This document shows, in pieces, positions 56,636 through 64,000 of a stretch of DNA of 64,000 nucleotides. The stretch comes from a virus. Taxonomy: Duplodnaviria; Caudoviricetes. The translations under genes were made by a program, and so were the position numbers. The DNA lies in IMG/VR virus record IMGVR_UViG_3300005841_000939. One strand, given 5' to 3'. Numbering within the stretch: the stretch's first letter is position 1; each line of letters opens with the position of its first letter. The notes below the pieces were generated by a model. That model worked only from the letters and a program-made list of their open reading frames with translations, had not been told where the DNA came from and made no database searches.

Positions 56636-56886
56636 TCTTTGCGACGATTTGTAACTTCATGTGAAGTTAATTTAGATAAACATTCACGTTCTTCATTGGT
56701 CAACGTTTGAAGAAGTGCGCCAGGCAATAAATCTGCTGGAATTTCTTTTCCACTACGAAAACATTCTTTTAAACGATCGGGATCAGGTGATCCAACCATA
56801 TACCTGCGCATAATAGCTTGATCAATTAATTTCTGAAAAACATCAAGTGGTTGCATTACGATTCTTCCCAAGGAAAAACTAACCAA
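56629..56886 (-). CDS. Hypothetical protein (start probably the ATG at 56856)
   Basis: ORF coupled to the PRTase stop. Confidence 0.45.
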   Translation of the reverse strand: MVSFSLGRIVMQPLDVFQKLIDQAIMRRYMVGSPDPDRLKECFRSGKEIPADLLPGALLQTLTNEERECLSKLTSHEVTNRRKDY

Positions 56887-57317
56887 CCTTCTGGTTTTCT
56901 ACTACCAATATATTTATTTTTACTTATTTTCTTTGCATATAAAGCTGCAATAGAATAATTTTCAACATTATTTTTTGTTAAAACTTTTTCCAGCCATTTA
57001 ATTGTTCGTCCACTATCAATTAGATCATCAACAAACAATACATGTTCAACTTCCCAATTGAAAAGCTGTGCCAATTCGTTTTCAGAAATGCTATCTGAAC
57101 TTATTTTTGTTTGAATATCAGTACCTTTGTAAAAACTTATACGAATATCAGAATAAGGTACATCCAGTAGCAAAGCAATTCGCTTGGCTGGTATGACACC
57201 ACCATTGCGAATACCCACAACTCGGGTAAAACGCTCTGTACCTGCTTCAATCTGTTTAACAATTGCATCTGTTTGTACAAATATGTCTTGCCATCTTAAA
57301 ATAACTTTTTCTGTCAT
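56856..57317 (-). CDS. Type I phosphoribosyltransferase (Gpt/xanthine-guanine PRT-like)
   Basis: GIRNGGVIPA, LFVDDLIDSGRT (PRPP-binding) and WLVFPWE. Confidence 0.85.
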   Translation of the reverse strand: MTEKVILRWQDIFVQTDAIVKQIEAGTERFTRVVGIRNGGVIPAKRIALLLDVPYSDIRISFYKGTDIQTKISSDSISENELAQLFNWEVEHVLFVDDLIDSGRTIKWLEKVLTKNNVENYSIAALYAKKISKNKYIGSRKPEGWLVFPWEES

Positions 57318-58312
57318 TTTAATTCCGATTTAATATTCTTACCTTCAAAAGTTTTAATCAATTCATCAAAAGTAAGATTGCACACTTCATCAATCCAATC
57401 ACCTACAAAATACAATTTAGTGCTACCGTTAATAACACCAAATAAAATTGGATCTTTTTTCTTAGCAAGTATTTCAGCTTCTTCTTGCTTTGTATGTTTG
57501 AAAGCAGTAACAGAAGGATCATAATGAAGGATGACATAATTGTCAAACGCCATCAATTCATCAACAAGCAATTTCTTTTTAATAATATCATATGGAATTT
57601 CACGATGAAAATTCTTAATGTAATCCAAACGTAGACCTTTTTCAGATTCTGCAACAAACGATGCAACATCTGATTCATCCAAATATTTGACATTGTTGGA
57701 TGCAAACAAACGAGCCTCAAATTCAGCAACATCACGTTGATTTTCGTATGTTTCTTTCAACGAAGTTTGTCCAGCAATCTTTGCTTTTTCAATCATTTCT
57801 TGAATAAGTTTTACCTTATTATCATATTTCTTTAAATCAACCAATCCTGACTTTATAATATGGAAAAGTTGTTGTGCATCGTATTTTGGAACAACATCAA
57901 CTTCTTTTACCGCTTTAGCTTGCTTCCCATAATCATTTTCTTCTCGCCAATATAGAATTGCAGATTTAATGACAGAAAATAGTGAACGCTTATGAGGTTG
58001 ATAATTTATTATTCCCAAGGAATCTACTGCATTAAATCTTTGAAAAGCTGAGGTTTGATTTGTAAAACCATTTCCTTCTATTTGATTGAATACAGGACGC
58101 ATAACGATTTCACCCGATGATGTTGGTGCATCTTTATCCATACTATTTCTATCTTCAACAAATTTTTTCCATTTAGGTAATTCTCTATCAATAGAAATAC
58201 CACCATTCATATCTTCAAATATTGCAAGGTGCCATTTGCCAGAGGAATCTTTAAAAATCATAGTCGTTGAATTATAGCGTCCAATATGACGTGTCAAATT
58301 GTCCTTGGTCAA
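57314..58312 (-). CDS. Conserved-looking phage hypothetical protein
   Basis: 332-aa ORF with a C-terminal DPILFG...LYFVGDW.DE.C motif. Confidence 0.55.
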   Translation of the reverse strand: MTKDNLTRHIGRYNSTTMIFKDSSGKWHLAIFEDMNGGISIDRELPKWKKFVEDRNSMDKDAPTSSGEIVMRPVFNQIEGNGFTNQTSAFQRFNAVDSLGIINYQPHKRSLFSVIKSAILYWREENDYGKQAKAVKEVDVVPKYDAQQLFHIIKSGLVDLKKYDNKVKLIQEMIEKAKIAGQTSLKETYENQRDVAEFEARLFASNNVKYLDESDVASFVAESEKGLRLDYIKNFHREIPYDIIKKKLLVDELMAFDNYVILHYDPSVTAFKHTKQEEAEILAKKKDPILFGVINGSTKLYFVGDWIDEVCNLTFDELIKTFEGKNIKSELK

Positions 58313-58796
58313 CTTTATTGAGTTCTTCTTTCAATTTATCCCATGTAGGAAATAGATGTTGACTCTTAACAAGGACTGGAACCCAAAAATTGAACTTATC
58401 CAATTGACTGCGATCATATTTAAGAAGGACAGGTTTCTTTTGAATATGCGAGGCCATAACTACTTCGTGCCAGGTCCCAACTGTTGGAATTTCAGGATTG
58501 TAATTCACAATGATGAAATCGCTTTTATCAACCGAACGCAAATCCCAACGCGCAACAGGCCAAAACAATTTTTTGTGTTCTTCCCATTTTTCTTGCATGA
58601 TCAAATCTTTAAAGCGTTGGCGTTCCTCTGGTGTTTCTGCAAGACCCTCTTTATCTTTCTTCAATGGATCCAATACATTCACACCAAGATCAGCAAGGAA
58701 TGGCTTTATTCCTTCTCGCCAATTACTCATTTCAGTACTTGATGCTGCTGCAATTGGACCGCAGAGATAGCAAGTTTTACCTTTGAGATATTCCAT
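58272..58796 (-). CDS. Nucleoside 2'-deoxyribosyltransferase/NMP glycosidase-like protein
   Basis: YLCGPI, DP, WDLRSVDKSD and GTWHE (catalytic Glu) motifs. Confidence 0.75.
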   Translation of the reverse strand: MEYLKGKTCYLCGPIAAASSTEMSNWREGIKPFLADLGVNVLDPLKKDKEGLAETPEERQRFKDLIMQEKWEEHKKLFWPVARWDLRSVDKSDFIIVNYNPEIPTVGTWHEVVMASHIQKKPVLLKYDRSQLDKFNFWVPVLVKSQHLFPTWDKLKEELNKVDQGQFDTSYWTL

Positions 58797-59143
58797 TAGT
58801 GAGATTCTCCGCCACCATTACGATTTGGAATAACTGGCTCAGGACAAACATCAACTTTTGGTATATTTTGAAGTTCGGGATAAATGCTTGTTGTATCGCC
58901 ATTCTTTTCAATACAAGTATCTTCATATCCTGCAACTTGGCGACGATATAATTCAATTTTAGAGCATTCTAATGCGCCAATTACTTCGTTGAGAACTGCA
59001 TAACTAACACCCTTCTTACGAATGTATGCATGAACCATTTCAGTAATTGCATAATTTAAATCACCAGCAACAGTTGCTTCCTTAGCAATCGCTTGTGCAT
59101 GATCAAAATATTTACTGCGATTTTCTTGTTTAATATAAGGCAT
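58796..59143 (-). CDS. Helical phage hypothetical protein (GxLNY family)
   Basis: MPYI..R, AGDLNYAIT and LECSKIELYRR...YED...NGD motifs. Confidence 0.6.
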   Translation of the reverse strand: MPYIKQENRSKYFDHAQAIAKEATVAGDLNYAITEMVHAYIRKKGVSYAVLNEVIGALECSKIELYRRQVAGYEDTCIEKNGDTTSIYPELQNIPKVDVCPEPVIPNRNGGGESH

Positions 59144-59355
59144 TAGTGTTCAACCTCCAAAATAGCAACTATTTCATTACCATTATCAACATCATTAAGG
59201 GCAGAATTCAATTGTGCGGATGTCGGCTTTTTATCAAAACCAACAGTAAATGATGAACCGTCAATAGAATCTACGAAAACAACTACATATGTTTTCTTAA
59301 ATTTTTTGTCTTCTTTTTGTTTTATTATTTTAAATGGTACAAGCTTCGTTTTCAT
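59143..59355 (-). CDS. Hypothetical protein
   Basis: 70-aa ORF with a TAATG overlap. Confidence 0.5.
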   Translation of the reverse strand: MKTKLVPFKIIKQKEDKKFKKTYVVVFVDSIDGSSFTVGFDKKPTSAQLNSALNDVDNGNEIVAILEVEH

Positions 59356-59387
59356 ACCAACGATTTTATCGTTTTATAGAAACAAAA

Positions 59388-59696
59388 TCAAGAATTTTTC
59401 TTAGCAACTATTTCATCTATTTCTGCATAGGAATAGACAATTTTAATCAATTTATCTACGCCTAATGCCTTCAATATATTTAAAGCTCTTGTTGTTGGAT
59501 TCAATAATGCAATTACTCGGCCATTGCTGAAGTTAATAAACGAAATAAATGTTGAATTAACAACATGTAAAGCTGACATATCAAAAACAATCCATTTTTC
59601 TTTAATCAATGATTCATCAATTAGTTCAAGATCATGTAAATCATTAAGAGAACGAATTTCTATGATCTTGTACATTTGGCTTGTTATGCTACTCAT
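59388..59696 (-). CDS. STAS-domain protein (anti-sigma-factor antagonist-like)
   Basis: IVFDMSALHVVNST...LLNP..RALNILKALGVDKLIKIV pattern of SpoIIAA/RsbV. Confidence 0.65.
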   Translation of the reverse strand: MSSITSQMYKIIEIRSLNDLHDLELIDESLIKEKWIVFDMSALHVVNSTFISFINFSNGRVIALLNPTTRALNILKALGVDKLIKIVYSYAEIDEIVAKKNS

Positions 59697-59719
59697 ATTT
59701 TTATTAACCTCAACAAATT

Positions 59720-60505
59720 TTATACATGCTTCTTAACAAATGCATCTGCTCCAACATCATCAACTGCCAAATATCCACCTTTAGTCTTAATATTCTTTTT
59801 CATTTCAGTGATCAAGTTTGAAACATCATCTTGATAACCTAAATCATGTTGTGCATCACTTAGAACTGATTTAGCCCAATCAACAGGATCTTTACCACCA
59901 CATTGTGCTTTCAATTTTTCTTTTGCGTCAGGATCTAAGGCACTAAATACATCATCAAAATTACTCAAAAGAACATCAACAGATGTAATTGCACCAACAG
60001 CAGCCTTTTTGTTTGCATCGTAATTTGGTAAGCAGCGTTGTGCTACCATTTGAATTGATGAACCAATGATATTAAATGGTGGACCCATAAATTTACCAAC
60101 AAAACCTGCAGCCATAGCACCAAATCCAAGAATAGAAGCCCATCCTATAGCACCAAACCCTTGTGGACCTTGACTAACAAAGTTTGAAATTTTAACTAAT
60201 TCAGTATTTTGTTGACCTGGTTGCTTTATCTTTTCAGCATCAACAATTTGTTGTGCAGTTGATGTTGCTTGTATTTCATGATCGGGATCAATTTTATTAG
60301 CCGCTGCATCTGATGTATATGCAATGAAACGCAATGCATCATCTGGCGATACACCACCAGGATATTGTGCTGATTTAGCAACTTCACTATCGTTACGTAA
60401 CTGCTTAATTGCATATTCTTCACTTGAAGAACGTAAACAACCACTTGTAACAAATATGCTTACAATTAAAAAGACTTGAAGAGAATATTTATACAAGATG
60501 TTCAT
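59720..60505 (-). CDS. Late lipoprotein/membrane protein
   Basis: Lipobox VTSG-C, a Gly-rich TM segment GAIGWASILGFGAMAAGFVG, and a late box upstream. Confidence 0.55.
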   Translation of the reverse strand: MNILYKYSLQVFLIVSIFVTSGCLRSSSEEYAIKQLRNDSEVAKSAQYPGGVSPDDALRFIAYTSDAAANKIDPDHEIQATSTAQQIVDAEKIKQPGQQNTELVKISNFVSQGPQGFGAIGWASILGFGAMAAGFVGKFMGPPFNIIGSSIQMVAQRCLPNYDANKKAAVGAITSVDVLLSNFDDVFSALDPDAKEKLKAQCGGKDPVDWAKSVLSDAQHDLGYQDDVSNLITEMKKNIKTKGGYLAVDDVGADAFVKKHV

Positions 60506-60526
60506 AGTAGTTGCTCCTACTACGAC

Positions 60527-60534
60527 TATTTATA
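60527..60534 (-). promoter_or_regulatory. T4-late-type promoter TATAAATA
   Basis: Exact match 21 nt upstream of 60505, inside the palindrome TATTTATAAATA. Confidence 0.55.
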
Positions 60535-60544
60535 AATATTTTTA

Positions 60545-61609
60545 CTAAATACGGTTTCCTGTGAAGTAATACGCCAAACTTACATCATATCCTTCACTCT
60601 TTTCATTCTTGCTGTCATATGCAATTATTGAGAATGTGTGAACATCATTAGTCAATTCAGTTGTTAGAATTGAACCATTTAATCCTGGATTTTGTGCATA
60701 AGATTTATTCCATAAATCAATGAGCCAAGCCTGTTTACCACCATCAATTGATACTGCTATTTTTCCTGAACTCTTTGTTGATAACCAATACAATCCAAAC
60801 ACACTTCCTCTAAAAATACCAAATAATGGAACACCCTTTTGGAACGATTCAAACAAATTGAACTCGCGATTTCCATAATCGTTCCAAGGTATCTTTTTCC
60901 ATCCACCAGTTGGAGAAAATTCATTGGTACGAGGAGTATCTATTAAAAAATTACCATCAATACGTGCTGGTACTGATTTGTGCTCAATTGCAAAAATATT
61001 CTCTTCAATAAAATCTGTCAATGCTTTAGCATATGCCGCATGTCCAAAATTATTTGGATGCCAACGGGCATCTTGCATCAAATCATCAATTGCCCATTTT
61101 GAAAGTTGTTCACCTTTCCAGAGATATTGTCCAACATCTATTGTTGGAATACCATATGTATTCATAATTGGACGATACCATTTATCTAATTGATGACGTT
61201 CTAAACCCTGATAATGCTTCGTTAAGAAACCACCATATGGATATATATTGAAAATAAATGTTGATGGCAAATGCGTTCTAATCAAACGAATTGCAGTTTC
61301 TAACCACATTCTACCCGATTCTGATGGTAGATGCCAATCTTCACCCGCAATCTCTAATAATAAAATATCTGGCTTTTCTTTTAAAATAGCCTCCATGAAA
61401 TATACTGATAAATGAATTGATGAGTTTCTAGGATATCCTAGATTCATTTCAATTACTTGAGAATTTACAAATTTATCAGAAAACCAATTGCAAAATAATC
61501 TTGAAAAGCGTTCATCATCAGGATTAGCTAAACCAAATCCCTCAGTAATGCAACTACCAACAAATGCTATTTTTACAGGTTTACCAGCAAAATCACTAAT
61601 TAGATCCAT
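60545..61609 (-). CDS. SGNH/GDSL hydrolase-like protein with a C-terminal beta-sandwich
   Basis: FVGSCITEG (block I-like) and DARWHPNNFGH (block V). Confidence 0.7.
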   Translation of the reverse strand: MDLISDFAGKPVKIAFVGSCITEGFGLANPDDERFSRLFCNWFSDKFVNSQVIEMNLGYPRNSSIHLSVYFMEAILKEKPDILLLEIAGEDWHLPSESGRMWLETAIRLIRTHLPSTFIFNIYPYGGFLTKHYQGLERHQLDKWYRPIMNTYGIPTIDVGQYLWKGEQLSKWAIDDLMQDARWHPNNFGHAAYAKALTDFIEENIFAIEHKSVPARIDGNFLIDTPRTNEFSPTGGWKKIPWNDYGNREFNLFESFQKGVPLFGIFRGSVFGLYWLSTKSSGKIAVSIDGGKQAWLIDLWNKSYAQNPGLNGSILTTELTNDVHTFSIIAYDSKNEKSEGYDVSLAYYFTGNRI

Positions 61610-61640
61610 TCACCCATTATAGAATGGGTGGACCAAATTA

Positions 61641-62450
61641 TCAATCGTTTTTCAAATTATACTTACGGAGCAGCTTATGACCAATCTGTTCCTTCTTATA
61701 TCCATATGCAAATGGACTACCATAAACACGGATACGATCCTGTCTAGCATCTGATCTAATAACACTTCTGTTAAATTCACGAATTTTCCAGTCAATGTTA
61801 GAAATACGTGAAAAATCCAGAAGAACATCACCATATTCAAAATCATACATACGATGACGAATATGAATCATGTACCAAATGCCCTTAATTTTGTGCAATT
61901 GGTGTTCATCATCAATCTCTACACGTTCATAGCTTGATTTGGAAACTACTCTTTTTTCAGGCGCATCAAGCATCGCCATCAATTCATTAGTTTCGGGATG
62001 AACCCACGCCAAATAACTATATCTGGACTTATAAATTGGTGAAAAGCCAGCGGCCCTATATTCTGCCACTTGATGAGGAATATTATCAATCATCACAACA
62101 TTCAATGCAACGTATTGCAATGCGTGTTCACGAACATGATTCTGCACTACAGAATTGCTATTGTTCTTCTCACAAATTTCAGCAAAAACATTATCCCACT
62201 TCTTACCAATTTTGCTTTTGATAAATCTTTTCAGAGGAGAAAGATGATCAGAAAGCGTACGCTTATTATAACCAAATTTACGGGTATTGCTTTGATAATG
62301 AGGAAGATCATCAACATCATCCCCATCCTCAAATTCTGATTTCCATTTGGAACGCAAACGACTTTCATAATATGCGGCTGATTTCTCTCCGCATTCATAG
62401 CATCCACGCCTAGAACTCTCAACAATCACTTTGTCCATATCATCGCGCAT
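61641..62450 (-). CDS. Hypothetical basic protein
   Basis: 269-aa Arg/Lys-rich ORF with a DHLSPLKRFI...WD.V...H..H motif. Confidence 0.55.
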   Translation of the reverse strand: MRDDMDKVIVESSRRGCYECGEKSAAYYESRLRSKWKSEFEDGDDVDDLPHYQSNTRKFGYNKRTLSDHLSPLKRFIKSKIGKKWDNVFAEICEKNNSNSVVQNHVREHALQYVALNVVMIDNIPHQVAEYRAAGFSPIYKSRYSYLAWVHPETNELMAMLDAPEKRVVSKSSYERVEIDDEHQLHKIKGIWYMIHIRHRMYDFEYGDVLLDFSRISNIDWKIREFNRSVIRSDARQDRIRVYGSPFAYGYKKEQIGHKLLRKYNLKND

Positions 62451-62505
62451 AATATAATCTCTTTGTTAAGGTTAATTGTATCCTGAGCGATGATATGTCA
62501 AGCGT

Positions 62506-63285
62506 TTACTTGCTATATCTGCCCTTGTTGTCTCTTGGTTGATTTGCCCAATGTGGCAATGAACCTTGGACGTTCACTTGTACTTGAACTGATGCAGGAG
62601 TTGGTGTAGGAGCTGACAATGATTTTTGTACAGGTGCTGCAAGAGAATTGTTATATTCTGTTACATCTTGATCAGTGAATGCAGCCTTACTACCAAATGA
62701 ACGTGAACGGGTAACACTCTTACCTAATGTATCAATGGCACTCTTTGTACCCGCAGATGATCCTGCGTAAGTCATTGATGAACCCTTAGCAATACCAATT
62801 CGTTGAGCACTCAAAATTGCATCTTGATTAGCACCCAAAAATACAAATTCCCAATTATAAACTTCTTCTTGATGTCTGATCTTTTCAGCAATCGTCTTTG
62901 CTGTAGCCGTTCTACTCATATTTTCTTCACCGTCAGTCAAGATGGCAACGATAACCTTTGATGGACGATCCCATTCATTCATTTGTGATAGCTTTCTACC
63001 AATGGAATCAATTGTTTCATTGATGGCATCATACAAAGCAGTATTTCCATTTGGATAATAATGCTTTTGATATTCTAATGTTGGAATAGTGTTGATATTT
63101 ACGAAATCAAATAATGATCTAACGGAGTCACTAAATTTATTAAGAGTGAAGCTGACTTCACCTTGCAAATTCTTTTGTTCAGTGATGAATTGGTTTAATC
63201 CACCAACAGTGTCTGATGCAACGCGCCCCATTGATGAACTTTCATCTAGAACTATTGCGATTGCTGCGTAATTTTGTTTTGTCAT
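62506..63285 (-). CDS. von Willebrand factor A domain protein
   Basis: MIDAS motif VLDESSSM, GNTALYDAI, ILTDGEEN and FLGANQDA. Confidence 0.85.
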   Translation of the reverse strand: MTKQNYAAIAIVLDESSSMGRVASDTVGGLNQFITEQKNLQGEVSFTLNKFSDSVRSLFDFVNINTIPTLEYQKHYYPNGNTALYDAINETIDSIGRKLSQMNEWDRPSKVIVAILTDGEENMSRTATAKTIAEKIRHQEEVYNWEFVFLGANQDAILSAQRIGIAKGSSMTYAGSSAGTKSAIDTLGKSVTRSRSFGSKAAFTDQDVTEYNNSLAAPVQKSLSAPTPTPASVQVQVNVQGSLPHWANQPRDNKGRYSK

Positions 63286-64000
63286 TTTATTTTCTCTAGT
63301 TTGTGTCCAAATCTATTAGCAAGTTTTTCAAGGTTTAAAACTTCTTGAGCAATGATTGGAACTGGTTTATTGGACTCAATTTTATTTTGTTTTCCTTGAG
63401 TTGCAACTGGTTTTTTAATTGAAACTTTCTTTAAATTAGTACTAACAGCATTAAAATTTTTATTTTTAAAGGTTTCAATCATTTTTAGTAAAGTCTTAGA
63501 ACATCTATCAATCACGTTTTGATCATGGATTGCCAACTCATTAACATAAATTACTTCAATTCCAGATACTTTAGAAAAACTGATGTTAACGTTATTTTTT
63601 TTCTTACGGAATGTCTTTTCAAGAACAAACTCATGCATAGGTTTTCCGTCTCGGAACATATCCAAATAATATCCAGCAACCATAGCAACCAAGAAATCCT
63701 GAGTATATAGTGGGAAAACAATATATGGATTGTCGCGAATATATTGTTCGCGTTTATCAGCATCCATTCCATTTAACATACAATCTCCAAATTTTTCAGA
63801 AATATTTTTATTGTCTAACGTATTAGTTTTAATTTCACCAAAAATTGGTTTATTATCATTTATTTCAATAATGCAATCATAGTTTGTTTCATATTCGTCA
63901 GGATACATCTTAGTTGCCCCTAGAATATCTGCCAAAACAAATGCTGTATGTGTTTCCTTTACACCAGCTTGTGAATTATTTCTAAGAAGAAGTTTTGCAG
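63282..64000 (-). CDS. Hypothetical protein, 5' end outside the window
   Basis: The frame stays open from 63935 to the window end (AKLLLRNNSQAGVKETHTAFVLADILG). Confidence 0.55.
   Translation of the reverse strand, partial: AKLLLRNNSQAGVKETHTAFVLADILGATKMYPDEYETNYDCIIEINDNKPIFGEIKTNTLDNKNISEKFGDCMLNGMDADKREQYIRDNPYIVFPLYTQDFLVAMVAGYYLDMFRDGKPMHEFVLEKTFRKKKNNVNISFSKVSGIEVIYVNELAIHDQNVIDRCSKTLLKMIETFKNKNFNAVSTNLKKVSIKKPVATQGKQNKIESNKPVPIIAQEVLNLEKLANRFGHKLEKIK

Overview
This window is a densely coding, AT-rich fragment of a large tailed (jumbo, T4-like myovirus-type) bacteriophage genome read in the standard genetic code. It is mostly minus-strand, with one plus-strand block at about 25.8-38.0 kb. 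The phage call rests on a PAAR spike gene, six modular tail-fibre/tail-associated genes, about a dozen T4-late-type TATAAATA promoters in front of virion-like genes, bacterial Shine-Dalgarno sites, rho-independent terminators and a free-standing endonuclease. Accessory content is rich. (i) NAD+/ADP-ribose: a nicotinamidase missed by the ORF track, NadD, a NUDIX hydrolase, a NadR-like kinase, a complete WGR + helical + catalytic PARP with an intact H-Y-E triad, a macrodomain, DUF4326, and a possible ART domain in a 1005-aa virion-like protein. (ii) Nucleotide-pool remodelling: GuaC, dCMP deaminase, a PRTase, an NDT-like enzyme and a MazG-like enzyme. (iii) Translation and RNA repair: TyrRS, IF-3, three tRNAs, a CCA-adding enzyme, Ro60/TROVE and a Pnkp-like phosphoesterase. 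(iv) Likely counter-defence or modification genes: an Acb1-like 2H phosphoesterase, DHH, HD, QueD-like and RmlA. The most striking candidate system is a phage-encoded PARP with a possible write/erase/recycle ADP-ribosylation circuit. All calls come from motif recognition by eye; no database searches were run.
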